Shown here one piece after another: positions 47,975 through 57,614 of a DNA stretch of 64,000 nucleotides. Source of the stretch: Alistipes sp. (lineage in GTDB: Bacteria > Bacteroidota > Bacteroidia > Bacteroidales > Rikenellaceae). The stretch is taken from assembly GCA_017463615.1 (NCBI GenBank), contig JAFTOU010000004.1, positions 29,319 to 93,318 on the forward strand. Reading direction: 5' to 3'. Positions within the stretch are counted from its first letter, which is position 1. The number at the start of each line of letters is the position of its first letter. The notes below the pieces were generated by a model. The model was not told the origin of the DNA, ran no database searches, and saw nothing but the letters and a program-made list of their open reading frames with translations. A program made the position numbers and the translations under genes.

Positions 47975-50200
47975 TTATTTAACTGTGAATTCGGCTTCAA
48001 GGGTGGCGTTGGAGTCGGCGCCGACCCAGATTTTGAATGTGCCGGGGTCGGTCTTGAAGCTATGGTCGGTGTGGCAGTAGGCGAGAGAGGAGGTTGGGAG
48101 CTCAAAGGTTATGGTGCGCTGCTCGCCGGCCTTGAGGCTGAAGCGCTCAAAGCCCTTCAGCTCGCGCATTGGGCGGGTGGTTTGAGCCACAACATCGCGG
48201 ACATAGAGCTGGGCAACATCGTCGCCATCGTACTTGCCCCTATTGGTAACCGTAACGCAGATTTTCACCGTATCGTCCATCTCAACCTCTGGCGTAAGTA
48301 CTTGCAGGTCAGAGTAATCAAACTCCGTATAGCTCAGTCCATAGCCGAATGGGAACAGTGGCTCGTTAGGGGCGTGCATATAGCGAGAGAGGTACTTCTC
48401 GTTGTGCTCAATGCCATTGCGAGGGCGGCCTGTGGTCTTCATGCTATAGTGTATAGGTGACTGTCCCACGCAGTAAGGGAAGCTCATAGCCAAGTGTCCC
48501 GAAGGGTTTGCATCGCCCGAGACAAGGTCGGCAACGGCAGCACCCTCCATAGTTCCGCCATGCCAAGTGACAAGCAGGGCGTCTGACTTATCAACCTCGT
48601 TGCGGATATCCATAGCGCGGCCAGTACCCAGCAGCACAACGATAGGCTTGCCCGTGCCCTTCAGTGCGTCAAGCAGTGCCTGCTGCGGCTCTGGGACGGA
48701 TATATCTGTCAGCGAGGTAGCCTCGCCAGACTCCTTGCACGACAGACCTATAGAGAGCAGCACCACATCGGCTTTGCGCGCAGCGCGAAGAGCCTCCGTA
48801 ATACCTCCCTTGATAGGGGCGCGGAAGTCAGAGCCCTTAGCGTAGAGGATATTCTGCCTACCGAAGCGCTCCTCCAGACCCTCGCGGATAGTTACCGAGT
48901 GCTCAGGCTCGCCGAAGCCACGCCAAGCGCCCAGCTGGTCGCGCGGAGCATCTGCTAAAGGGCCTACAAGGGCGATTTTTGTACCCTCCTTGAGTGGCAG
49001 GACGCCACTATTCTTAAGCAGCACCATTGACTGCGCAGCCACCTGGCGGGCATACTGCAGGTTCTCGGGGCGGTACATAACCTCTGCGTGGTCTTGACGG
49101 CCATACTTGAATGGGTCGTCAAAGAGTCCCAGACGGTACTTTACAGCCAGCACCTCGCGGCAGAGCTGGTCTATAGTGCTCTCCGACACCTTACCCTCGG
49201 CGACAAGCTGCTCGCCGTGGTTGATATAGTCGCCATAGACCATATCCATATTCAGGTGGGCATTCATAGCCTGCTGGGCAGCATCCTTACCGTCGGCAGC
49301 GGTGCCATGAGCCACCTGCTCGTGCACGGCGTTATAGTCCGAGACGACAAAGCCCGTGAAGCCGAGCTCCTCGCGCAGCAGGGTGTGCATAAGCCATCTA
49401 TTGCCCGACGCGGGCACGCCCATAAAGTCGTTGAACGACGACATAACGGTCACAGCACCAGCCTCTAACGCCGCCTTATAAGGTGGCAGGTAGCGGTCGC
49501 GGAACATCATCTCCGACATATCAACCGTATGGTAGTCGCGACCCGCCTGCGGAGCACCGTAGGCAGCAAAGTGCTTGACACACGCGGCGATGGTCTTATC
49601 CGACGCCAGATCGTCACCCTGATAGCCTCGCACGATAGCGGCGGCAATCTTTGCACCCAAGTATGGGTCCTCGCCAGCACCCTCTGAGACGCGTCCCCAG
49701 CGGGCATCTGCCGAGATGTCGCACATAGGCGAGAAGGTCCAGTGGAAACCGAAGGCGGCAGACTCCTCGGCAGCAATGCGGGCGGCATGCTCTATAGCCT
49801 CAATATTCCAGCTACACGCAGCGCCGAGATTCTCGGGGAAGATGATGCGGCAGCCGTGGATGATGTCGTAGCCAAAGATGAGCGGTATGCCCATACGGCT
49901 CTGCTCAACGGCAACCTTCTGCAGGTGGTGCATCTCCTCGGTGGTGCGGATAGAGAGGAAGGAGCCCACCTCGCCATTACGGACACACGCCTCGGCATCG
50001 CGCTGCACGCCATCGGGACCTGTGATGTCGGCACTACTGGTAGTAAACTGCTGCAGCTGACCCAGCTTCTCCCTCAGGGTCATCTTCGCTATCAGCTTAT
50101 CTGCAAATTTGTACGCCTCCTGCTCCGCCTCGGAGAGTTTTGGGGCTGTTGAGCACGATACAAGGGCGAGCAGGGCGGCAATGGTTAGTAATTTTTTCAT
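47975..50200 (-). CDS. bglX: GH3 beta-glucosidase (BglX-like) lipoprotein
   Basis: Lipobox ALVS-C; SRMGIPL, DIIHG, WGRVSEGAGEDP, KHFAAYG, FVVSDY (nucleophile), PLFPFGYGLSYT, RELKGF. Confidence 0.92.
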   Translation of the reverse strand: MKKLLTIAALLALVSCSTAPKLSEAEQEAYKFADKLIAKMTLREKLGQLQQFTTSSADITGPDGVQRDAEACVRNGEVGSFLSIRTTEEMHHLQKVAVEQSRMGIPLIFGYDIIHGCRIIFPENLGAACSWNIEAIEHAARIAAEESAAFGFHWTFSPMCDISADARWGRVSEGAGEDPYLGAKIAAAIVRGYQGDDLASDKTIAACVKHFAAYGAPQAGRDYHTVDMSEMMFRDRYLPPYKAALEAGAVTVMSSFNDFMGVPASGNRWLMHTLLREELGFTGFVVSDYNAVHEQVAHGTAADGKDAAQQAMNAHLNMDMVYGDYINHGEQLVAEGKVSESTIDQLCREVLAVKYRLGLFDDPFKYGRQDHAEVMYRPENLQYARQVAAQSMVLLKNSGVLPLKEGTKIALVGPLADAPRDQLGAWRGFGEPEHSVTIREGLEERFGRQNILYAKGSDFRAPIKGGITEALRAARKADVVLLSIGLSCKESGEATSLTDISVPEPQQALLDALKGTGKPIVVLLGTGRAMDIRNEVDKSDALLVTWHGGTMEGAAVADLVSGDANPSGHLAMSFPYCVGQSPIHYSMKTTGRPRNGIEHNEKYLSRYMHAPNEPLFPFGYGLSYTEFDYSDLQVLTPEVEMDDTVKICVTVTNRGKYDGDDVAQLYVRDVVAQTTRPMRELKGFERFSLKAGEQRTITFELPTSSLAYCHTDHSFKTDPGTFKIWVGADSNATLEAEFTVK

Positions 50201-50258
50201 ACGGATGGTTGTAAAAAGGGAGACCCTATGCAGAGTCTCCCCAAGTGGTTATTGTAAA

Positions 50259-51257
50259 CTACATCTTCTGCCAAACCAGGGCTGAGGCGCCGAGGATAGC
50301 GGCATTCTTATTCTGAAGACCCGATGGGAGCACCTTAACCTTATTCTTGAAGGCGAAGAGCATATTCTCCTCCAGGTACCACTTGATAGGGTCAAGAATC
50401 AAGTCACCAGCCTTTGCAAGGCCACCAAAGACGAAGATAGCCTCTGGCGAAGTGATAGTAACGGCGTCAGCCAGGGCGTAACCAAGGCGCATACCAGTCA
50501 GACGGAATGCCTCCTTAGCGATAGGGTCGCCCTTCAGAGCGTGCTGGTAGAGGATAGCCGAGTCAAGGTCGTTGAACGAGATGTCGCGCAGAGGGGACTT
50601 GTCGTTCATCGTAGCCATAAGCTCAAAGGCGGTGCGCTTGATACCGATAGCCGAAGCGTAAGCCTCCAGACAGCCCTTGCGACCGCAGCCGCACTCACGA
50701 CCGCCGCGCTCAACGATAACATGGCCGAACTCGCCAGCAAAGCCGTCGTGGCCATAAATCATCTCGCCATTAGCCACAAAACCCGAACCTACGCCAGTGC
50801 CCAGAGTGACCATAATAAAATCCTTCATGCCCTTTGCATTGCCGTAGACCATCTCGCCGATAGTTGCGGCGTTAGCGTCGTTGGTAACATATACAGGGAT
50901 GCCAGGGAAGTGTGCCTGGATATCGCTGCCGAAGTTGAAGATGCGCAGGCTCTCGTCCTGATTTGCATCATCTGCAGTGAACTTCCAGAGGTTTGCAGGG
51001 GTCTCGATAGTGCCCTTGTAGAAGTTTGCATTCGGAGCACCTACGCCGATACCGATAAGCTCAAAGTCAAAGTTTACTGCATTGATGAGCAGCTTCATAG
51101 CCTCAGTAAGGTCGGCAATGTAGCGTGGATAGTCCGAGTAGTTAGGATATGCGCGGGTAGAGATTACAGACTCGCCAAACAGCTCGCCCTTCTCGTCCAC
51201 CAGACCAAAAGCTGTGTTGATACCACCGATATCAACACCGAAAGCCAATTTTTTCAT
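50259..51257 (-). CDS. ROK family sugar kinase (glucokinase-like)
   Basis: GVDIGG, NDANAA..GE, TLGTGVGSG, GEFGH, CGCGRKGCLE motifs. Confidence 0.92.
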   Translation of the reverse strand: MKKLAFGVDIGGINTAFGLVDEKGELFGESVISTRAYPNYSDYPRYIADLTEAMKLLINAVNFDFELIGIGVGAPNANFYKGTIETPANLWKFTADDANQDESLRIFNFGSDIQAHFPGIPVYVTNDANAATIGEMVYGNAKGMKDFIMVTLGTGVGSGFVANGEMIYGHDGFAGEFGHVIVERGGRECGCGRKGCLEAYASAIGIKRTAFELMATMNDKSPLRDISFNDLDSAILYQHALKGDPIAKEAFRLTGMRLGYALADAVTITSPEAIFVFGGLAKAGDLILDPIKWYLEENMLFAFKNKVKVLPSGLQNKNAAILGASALVWQKM

Positions 51258-51436
51258 AATAAGGTATTCTAAGTTAGTAATTAGTTATTTTGTCTTTTCC
51301 TTCTCAAAGGTACACAAAAAACTCTCAAATTCAAAATGTTATTGCGCCCAAAGGGCGTGAATAGTTAAAATATGGGGCTGAGGTGCATAAAATCAAGATT
51401 AATTTGTATATTTGTATCGGGAAAATAGTTACTATT

Positions 51437-52408
51437 ATGAACACTCCGAAACAGATTGCCGAGATTTTTGAGCGTCATCTGGCGTTGATAAATATGCCAG
51501 ACGAGCCACAGAGGCTCTATGCGCCAATTCGTTACTCGCTTGCCGAGGGTGGTAAGCGTATGCGCCCAGTGCTGGCGATGCTGGCATACAACATCTATGC
51601 CGATGATATTCAGCGCGTGCTCCCTGCCGCTACGGCGGTAGAGGTGTTTCACAACTTCACGCTGCTGCACGATGATATTATGGACAACGCCATGGTGCGC
51701 CGCTCGCGACCGTCGGTATATGCCAAGTGGGGCAGTAATGTGGCGATACTCTCGGGCGATGTGATGATGATTGAGGCATATCGCCACCTGCAGGGTGTTG
51801 AGCCGCGATACCTGCCGACCGTATTTGAGCGATTTAACGCTATGGCGGCGCAGGTGTGCGAGGGTCAGCAGTACGATATGGACTTTGAGAGCCAGCCGAA
51901 GGTGGCCGTAGCGGAGTATATGAATATGATTGAGCTCAAGACTGCCGCGCTGCTGGCAGGCTCGGTGGTTATAGGCGCAACGATAGCGGGTGCTTCGGAG
52001 GAGGATCTGCAGAAGCTGCATAAGTTTGCCACCGAGGTGGGCCTTGCCTTCCAGCTGCAGGATGACCTGCTGGATAGCTATGGCGACGAGCAGTTAGGCA
52101 AGAAGATTGGTGGCGATATCTTGGAGGGTAAGAAGACCTACCTGATGATTATCTCCCTCTCGCACGGCACGGAGGCTCAGCGCGAGGTGCTCCGCTCAAC
52201 GCACCTGCGCAAGGATATGACCGACGAGCAGAAGATTGCCGCCGTGAAGGAGGTTTACGACCAGGTGGGCGCTCGCGCGATGACGGAGCAGCAGGTATCT
52301 GTTCGTATATCGCGTGCGTTGGCGATACTGGATACCCTTGATGTAGCACCAGAGCGACTGGAGTATATGCGCTCCTATGTAGAGAGTCTTGTTGGAAGAA
52401 AAAAGTAG
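51437..52408 (+). CDS. Polyprenyl diphosphate synthase (IspA/IspB family)
   Basis: GGKRMRP, LHDDIMD..RR, GQQYD, FQLQDDLLD, EGKKT motifs; start at ATG 51437. Confidence 0.92.
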   Translation: MNTPKQIAEIFERHLALINMPDEPQRLYAPIRYSLAEGGKRMRPVLAMLAYNIYADDIQRVLPAATAVEVFHNFTLLHDDIMDNAMVRRSRPSVYAKWGSNVAILSGDVMMIEAYRHLQGVEPRYLPTVFERFNAMAAQVCEGQQYDMDFESQPKVAVAEYMNMIELKTAALLAGSVVIGATIAGASEEDLQKLHKFATEVGLAFQLQDDLLDSYGDEQLGKKIGGDILEGKKTYLMIISLSHGTEAQREVLRSTHLRKDMTDEQKIAAVKEVYDQVGARAMTEQQVSVRISRALAILDTLDVAPERLEYMRSYVESLVGRKK

Positions 52409-52409
52409 T

Positions 52410-53648
52410 ATGAGGCGTTCAGATATAGAGATTATGGCACCTGTGGGCTCGTATGAGAGCCTGCGAGCGGCTATTGCTGCGGGAGCAAACTCGGTATACT
52501 TCGGTATTGGGCAGCTAAATATGCGCTCGGCATCGGCGGCGAACTTTACTGCCGACGATATGGCTGAGATTAACCGCATAGCCCACGAAAATGGGGTTAA
52601 GACCTACCTTACGGTAAATACGATAGTCTACGACACCGAGCTACAGCAGATGCACGATGTGGTGGATAGGGCAAAGGCGGAGGGCGTGGATGCGATTATC
52701 GCCTCCGACCTCGCTGTGATACTCTATGCCTATCAGGTGGGTGTGGAGGTGCATATCTCTACGCAGTGCAATATATCCAATAGCGAGGCTGTGAAGTTCT
52801 ACTCGCAGTGGGCAGATGTGGTTGTGCTGGCGCGAGAGCTGTCGCTACAGCAGATTGCGATGGTTAAGCGCGCTATTGTGGAGCAGGATATCCGTGGTCC
52901 GCGTGGCGAGCTGGTGAAGATAGAGATGTTCAGCCACGGTGCGCTCTGCATGTCTATCTCGGGCAAGTGCTACCTCTCGGAGCACGAGACCGCCTGCTCG
53001 GCAAATCGTGGCGCGTGCCGTCAGATATGCCGTCGCAAGTATACCATTCAGGATAAGGACTCGGGCGAGATGCTCGATATTGACGGCCGTTACATCCTCT
53101 CGCCAAAGGACCTCTGCACGGTAGACTTCCTTGATAAGTTTATAGATGCGGGCGTTAGCGTGCTCAAGATTGAGGGTCGCGCTCGCGGTGCGGAGTATGT
53201 CAAGCGCGTGGTAGAGTGCTACGATGCGGCTCTGTGTGCTATTGAGCGTGGCGAGTATAGCCGCGAGTATGCCGAGAATCTGAAAGTGACCCTCTCAAAG
53301 GTCTTTAACCGCGGCTTCTGGGGCGGATATTACGCTGGGGCGAAGGTTGTTGAGCATAGCACAAACTACGGCAGCTCGGCTACGCGCCGCAAGGTATATG
53401 TGGGCAAGGTTACCAATTTCTTCAAGCGCTTGGGCGTTGCCGAGGTGCTGATTGAGGCCTCTCCGCTTGCCGTAGGCGACGAGATTCTCTGGATGGGCGA
53501 GACCACGGGCTGCGTGGAGCAGGTTGTCGGCGAGATTCGCCTTGACCTACAGCCTGTTGATAGCGTTAAGCAGGGGGATGTTTGCTCCATTAAGGTAGAA
53601 GGCGAGTGCCGCCGAGGAGATAAATTGTACAAAGAGGAAATAAGATAG
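52410..53648 (+). CDS. Peptidase U32 family protein (TrhP/RlhA-like RNA hydroxylase candidate)
   Basis: EIMAPVGS, GANSVYFG, HISTQ, ARELSL, HGALCMSISGKC, NRGACRQICR, LSPKDL, LKIEGR. Confidence 0.85.
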   Translation: MRRSDIEIMAPVGSYESLRAAIAAGANSVYFGIGQLNMRSASAANFTADDMAEINRIAHENGVKTYLTVNTIVYDTELQQMHDVVDRAKAEGVDAIIASDLAVILYAYQVGVEVHISTQCNISNSEAVKFYSQWADVVVLARELSLQQIAMVKRAIVEQDIRGPRGELVKIEMFSHGALCMSISGKCYLSEHETACSANRGACRQICRRKYTIQDKDSGEMLDIDGRYILSPKDLCTVDFLDKFIDAGVSVLKIEGRARGAEYVKRVVECYDAALCAIERGEYSREYAENLKVTLSKVFNRGFWGGYYAGAKVVEHSTNYGSSATRRKVYVGKVTNFFKRLGVAEVLIEASPLAVGDEILWMGETTGCVEQVVGEIRLDLQPVDSVKQGDVCSIKVEGECRRGDKLYKEEIR

Positions 53649-53770
53649 CAAGCGGTGAAAATGGCGAATTTCCGCGTTACGCTCGCCTCGGAAATCCTCA
53701 TTTACGCCTCAGTAAACTGCGGTTTCCTCGGCTTCGCAAGCCTTGAAATTCATCCATTTTGACCACTTGC
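53648..53770. repeat. Palindromic element family B, copy 3
   Basis: IR gcaagcggtgaaaatgg/ccattttgaccacttgc; core gaaatcctca-tttac-gcctca-gtaaa-ctgcggtttc. Confidence 0.75.
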
Positions 53771-53822
53771 AAGTAGTGCGATAGGGGGGAGTAATAACCG
53801 AAATAAACTACATCATACAGCT

Positions 53823-54638
53823 ATGACACCAGAGGAGAGAGTTGCAGTGATTTTCACAGAGCCAGAATTTTGCGCAGAGAACTACACGGGCGAGACAGAT
53901 GAGAATGGTCTGCCGCACGGCGAGGGTACTATGGACTATGCTCACAGTGAGCATACCCTTTGGCTTGGATACAGCATAGCCCCAAAGCGTTATACGGGGC
54001 AGTGGTGTCACGGCGCAAAGAGTGGTTGGGGCACTATGGAGTACTATTTTGATGGAGAGTACAGATGTGTTAAATATACTGGTAATTGGACAGATGATGT
54101 ACCAAATGGCAAGGGCGAGTTGCGAGTAACGCTTGCCAATGGTACGGACAACTCCCATCTGCACGAGTTTAGGGCTGGTAGCCGTGAGGATTGGGGTCTG
54201 GAGATTGTGGATGGCGTGGATACGGGCTGTTATTGGAAAGACGACCGCAAAAATGGCCGAGGAATATGCTCACTGGGGTACAAAAAGGCCTTTCGTGGTA
54301 CTTGGACTGATGATGTGCTGGACTACAGTAGTTGTACTCTGGCGGAGGAAGATACAACAAAGACACTTGTTGTGGAGGTATCTGGGACTGCTATAGATAA
54401 GAGTTTTGTGGCGTTAGTACCTGCCAAAGTGGGCGAGTATACCACTGACAATGTGATAGTTTTATGCCCAGAGGACGGTGTGGTGGATAATATGCCGTTG
54501 GTTACTATTGTCAAGGTAGAGTCTGATGAGGTGACCTTTGCCTGTGGAGAGGCACTTAGCACTATTTCAGTGGGGCAGAGCACCATTGTAGATGAGCAAG
54601 AGGGTCAGTATAGATTAAAAATTAAATATATAGAGTAA
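53823..54638 (+). CDS. MORN-repeat protein
   Basis: YTGETDENGLPHGEG, YTGQWCHGAKSGWG, YTGNWTDDVPNGKG repeats; lower GC. Confidence 0.8.
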   Translation: MTPEERVAVIFTEPEFCAENYTGETDENGLPHGEGTMDYAHSEHTLWLGYSIAPKRYTGQWCHGAKSGWGTMEYYFDGEYRCVKYTGNWTDDVPNGKGELRVTLANGTDNSHLHEFRAGSREDWGLEIVDGVDTGCYWKDDRKNGRGICSLGYKKAFRGTWTDDVLDYSSCTLAEEDTTKTLVVEVSGTAIDKSFVALVPAKVGEYTTDNVIVLCPEDGVVDNMPLVTIVKVESDEVTFACGEALSTISVGQSTIVDEQEGQYRLKIKYIE

Positions 54639-54640
54639 TT

Positions 54641-56038
54641 ATGTTTAGTGCAACGACTTACGCTGCTCGTAGAGCAGAGCTTTGCCGCCGCATTGGCAGC
54701 GGACTGATACTTATACCTGGCAACTGGGAGGCGCCATACAACTATCCGAACAACGCCTACCACTTCCGTCAGGATGGTACATTTATCTACTACTTTGGAC
54801 TTACATTGCCGCAGTTTTTCGGTGCGATAGATGCGCAGACGGGCGAGGCGGTGATATTTGGCGACGATGTGACCGTAGATGATATCATCTGGATGGGTCC
54901 ACAGCCTACCGTAGCCGAGCTGAGTGCCAAGGTGGGTGTGACAAAGAGTTATCCGCTCTCTGCCCTTGCAGATTTCGTTTCGCAGGCAGTAAAGAGTGGT
55001 CAGCAGGTGCACTACTTGCCACCATATCGCGGACAGACGACGCTGCTGCTCTGCTCGCTGTTGGGCAAGAGCCCCGAGGAGCTGCACCGCGACAAGTCGG
55101 TAGAGTTGATGTTTGCCGTGGCGGGCATGCGCGAGGTTAAGAGTGCGGAGGAGATTGAGGCTATGGAGCGCGCCTTCCACATCGGCTACGACATGCACAC
55201 AACGGCGATGAAGATGTGTCGCGCGGGAGTTGTGGAGCGCGAGATTGCAGGTGCGATAGAGGGCGTGGCACTCAGTCGCGGTGGAGGTATATCCTTCACA
55301 TCCATCGTTTCGCAGCACGGCGAGACGCTGCACAACCACAACTACGACGGCGTGCTGGAGAATGGTCGTCTGCTGCTGGTAGATGCCGGTGCGGAGAGCG
55401 TGGAGAACTACTGCTCTGACCACACCCGTACATATCCGGTAAGTGGAAAGTTTACCGACAAGCAGAGGGATATATATAATATAGTACTGGCAGCGCACCA
55501 GCAGGCACCTCAGAATATGCGCACGGGTGCGATGTATATGGAGGATGTGCACCGCAAGGCGTTGCTGACCCTTGCCGAGGGACTGCGTGGCGTGGGACTT
55601 ATAAATGGGTCTGCCGAGGATGCTGTGGCTGCGGGGGCGATGTTCCTCTTTATGCCACACGGACTGAGCCACGGTATGGGTATTGATGTGCACGACTGCG
55701 AGGCTATTGGCGAGCGTAGCTACGACTTCTCGGCTATCGTGGAGCGTGCAGCAGCTGAGGCTACCTGCGTGCATCGCGCATCGTGGCGTCTGCGTGCAGG
55801 TACTGTTATGAGCAACGAGCCAGGTATATACTTTATCCCTGCGCTGATAGATAAATCGCGTGCCAAGGGTCTCTACAAGGGCATTGTGAACTACGACAAA
55901 CTGGATAGCTACCGCGACTTCGGCGGCATCCGCATTGAGGACGATGTGGTTGTGACTGATAATGGTGGTGTAGTACTCGGCGGAGATAAGAAGATTCCAG
56001 TAACCGTAGACGAACTGGAGGCTGTAGTAGGCAAGTAA
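54641..56038 (+). CDS. pepP: Xaa-Pro aminopeptidase (M24)
   Basis: FRQDGTFIY, LLVDAG, SDHTRT, PHGLSHGMGIDVHD, SNEPGIYF, GGIRIEDD motifs. Confidence 0.9.
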   Translation: MFSATTYAARRAELCRRIGSGLILIPGNWEAPYNYPNNAYHFRQDGTFIYYFGLTLPQFFGAIDAQTGEAVIFGDDVTVDDIIWMGPQPTVAELSAKVGVTKSYPLSALADFVSQAVKSGQQVHYLPPYRGQTTLLLCSLLGKSPEELHRDKSVELMFAVAGMREVKSAEEIEAMERAFHIGYDMHTTAMKMCRAGVVEREIAGAIEGVALSRGGGISFTSIVSQHGETLHNHNYDGVLENGRLLLVDAGAESVENYCSDHTRTYPVSGKFTDKQRDIYNIVLAAHQQAPQNMRTGAMYMEDVHRKALLTLAEGLRGVGLINGSAEDAVAAGAMFLFMPHGLSHGMGIDVHDCEAIGERSYDFSAIVERAAAEATCVHRASWRLRAGTVMSNEPGIYFIPALIDKSRAKGLYKGIVNYDKLDSYRDFGGIRIEDDVVVTDNGGVVLGGDKKIPVTVDELEAVVGK

Positions 56039-56039
56039 T

Positions 56040-56555
56040 ATGAAGAAAACACTCTTTATCTTTGCTACCGAGGCTGAGGCGGCGCTGTTGCGTGCTCAAA
56101 GGCCTGACCTGCAGATAGCTATCTGTGGCGTTGGGCTTGTGGAGTCGGCGTGTGCGATGGCGGAGATATTGGAGCGTGAGCGTCCTGAGCAGGTGGTGCT
56201 CTGTGGCATTGCGGGGGCGTACGACAAGGCTCTGCAGGTGGGCGATGTGGTAGCGGTGGTGGAGGAGCGGACAGCGACCCTGCCCGCGGCGTACCGCAAG
56301 AGCTACTATGCGACCATAGGCCTGCCACTCAAGGGGGTGGTCTCAAACTCTGTGATGAGCGTAGGGGCTCAGCCATTGGGTGCTCAGGTGGAGAATATGG
56401 AGGGGGCGGCGATATTTGCCCTCTGCGCGGCACAAGGGGTGCTCTGCGGGCAGATACGCGCCATATCCAACTACACGACCGACAAGCGCGAGCAGTGGGA
56501 TATACCCGCGGCGCTTAAGGCACTGACAGAAACGATAGATAGACTATACAGATGA
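56040..56555 (+). CDS. mqnB: Futalosine hydrolase (nucleosidase fold)
   Basis: GVG, GIAGAY, ENMEGAA, IRAISN, WDIPAAL motifs; coupled to mqnD. Confidence 0.8.
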   Translation: MKKTLFIFATEAEAALLRAQRPDLQIAICGVGLVESACAMAEILERERPEQVVLCGIAGAYDKALQVGDVVAVVEERTATLPAAYRKSYYATIGLPLKGVVSNSVMSVGAQPLGAQVENMEGAAIFALCAAQGVLCGQIRAISNYTTDKREQWDIPAALKALTETIDRLYR

Positions 56556-57349
56556 AGCCACTGACGCTGCATATATCGCCCTGCCCAAACGACACCTTCG
56601 CCTTTGATGCGATTATAAATCGTAGGTTAGAGCACGACTTTGACCTTGCAGTGGAGTACAAGGATATTGAGGAGTTGAACTTGGGTGTGATTGCGGGCGA
56701 GCCAGATATCTCTAAAATCAGCTACTCCGTATATCCCAAGATTGCCGACCGATACGCTATCCTTGACAGCGGCTCGGCGTTAGGGCGTGGAAATGGGCAG
56801 CTGCTTGTGCGCCGAAAGGGGGAGCAGACCCCTATTCGCACCGTAGCATCGCCGGGGTTGAATACTACGGCAAATGCGTTGCTGTTGCGCTACTTCCCTG
56901 AGGTTGAGAGTGTTACGCCGATGTTGTTCTCCGATATTGCCGCGGCAGTAGAGCGTGGCGATGTGGATGCGGGCGTGCTGATACACGAGGGGCGATTTGT
57001 CTACCATCGTCGCAACTTAGAGCTTGTAGCCGATCTGGGAAAGCTGTGGGAGGCGGAGACAGCACTGCCACTGCCGTTGGGGGCGATAGTTATTAAGCGT
57101 ACGATTGCCGAGGATGTCAAAAGCCGCTTTGAGGCTCTGCTTGCCGAGTCGGTGAGGTATGCTCAGGCGCACCCTACCGTAAGTCGCGACTTTGTAAAAG
57201 CGCACGCGCAGGAGCTGGAGGATGGGGTTATAGATAGCCACATCGCACTATTTGTAAACCACTACACCGTAACCCTGGGCGCAGAGGGGCGCGAGGCGGT
57301 AAAAAGGCTGATTGGGGCGTGTGAGAGAGGGGATATGAAAATTTTTTAA
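56552..57349 (+). CDS. mqnD: 1,4-dihydroxy-6-naphthoate synthase
   Basis: SPCPNDTFAF, DIEELN, GSALGRGNG, PGLNTTA, IHEGRF, DLG..W...LPLPLG, HIALFVN motifs. Confidence 0.93.
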   Translation: MKPLTLHISPCPNDTFAFDAIINRRLEHDFDLAVEYKDIEELNLGVIAGEPDISKISYSVYPKIADRYAILDSGSALGRGNGQLLVRRKGEQTPIRTVASPGLNTTANALLLRYFPEVESVTPMLFSDIAAAVERGDVDAGVLIHEGRFVYHRRNLELVADLGKLWEAETALPLPLGAIVIKRTIAEDVKSRFEALLAESVRYAQAHPTVSRDFVKAHAQELEDGVIDSHIALFVNHYTVTLGAEGREAVKRLIGACERGDMKIF

Positions 57350-57614
57350 TATTTTTTTGTAAACCCTTAACCCTTCAATAGTTGCCCCACTTTTGTAGAT
57401 AAGCGGTTACAGATTGTTATAAAACAAGGCTCTGTAGTTGCAAATCGTAATATCCAAAGTCGGTCTTCCAATGCTAAAAAGTGTTGGAAGATTTTGTTTT
57501 GAAAAAATTTATTTATATCTTGCACAACAAATCGGCGGTAGAATGGCTTTTTGACCGCAGATTTTGGCTGAGAAATTTACAATACAATTTAATAATAACT
57601 AAATATTTGTTCGT

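Noticed and set aside
57350-57614. Second DnaA-box/oriC candidate (tgtagataa) in an AT-rich intergenic region
   Set aside because: It is a single degenerate box and is adequately explained as the promoter region of the downstream lipoprotein.
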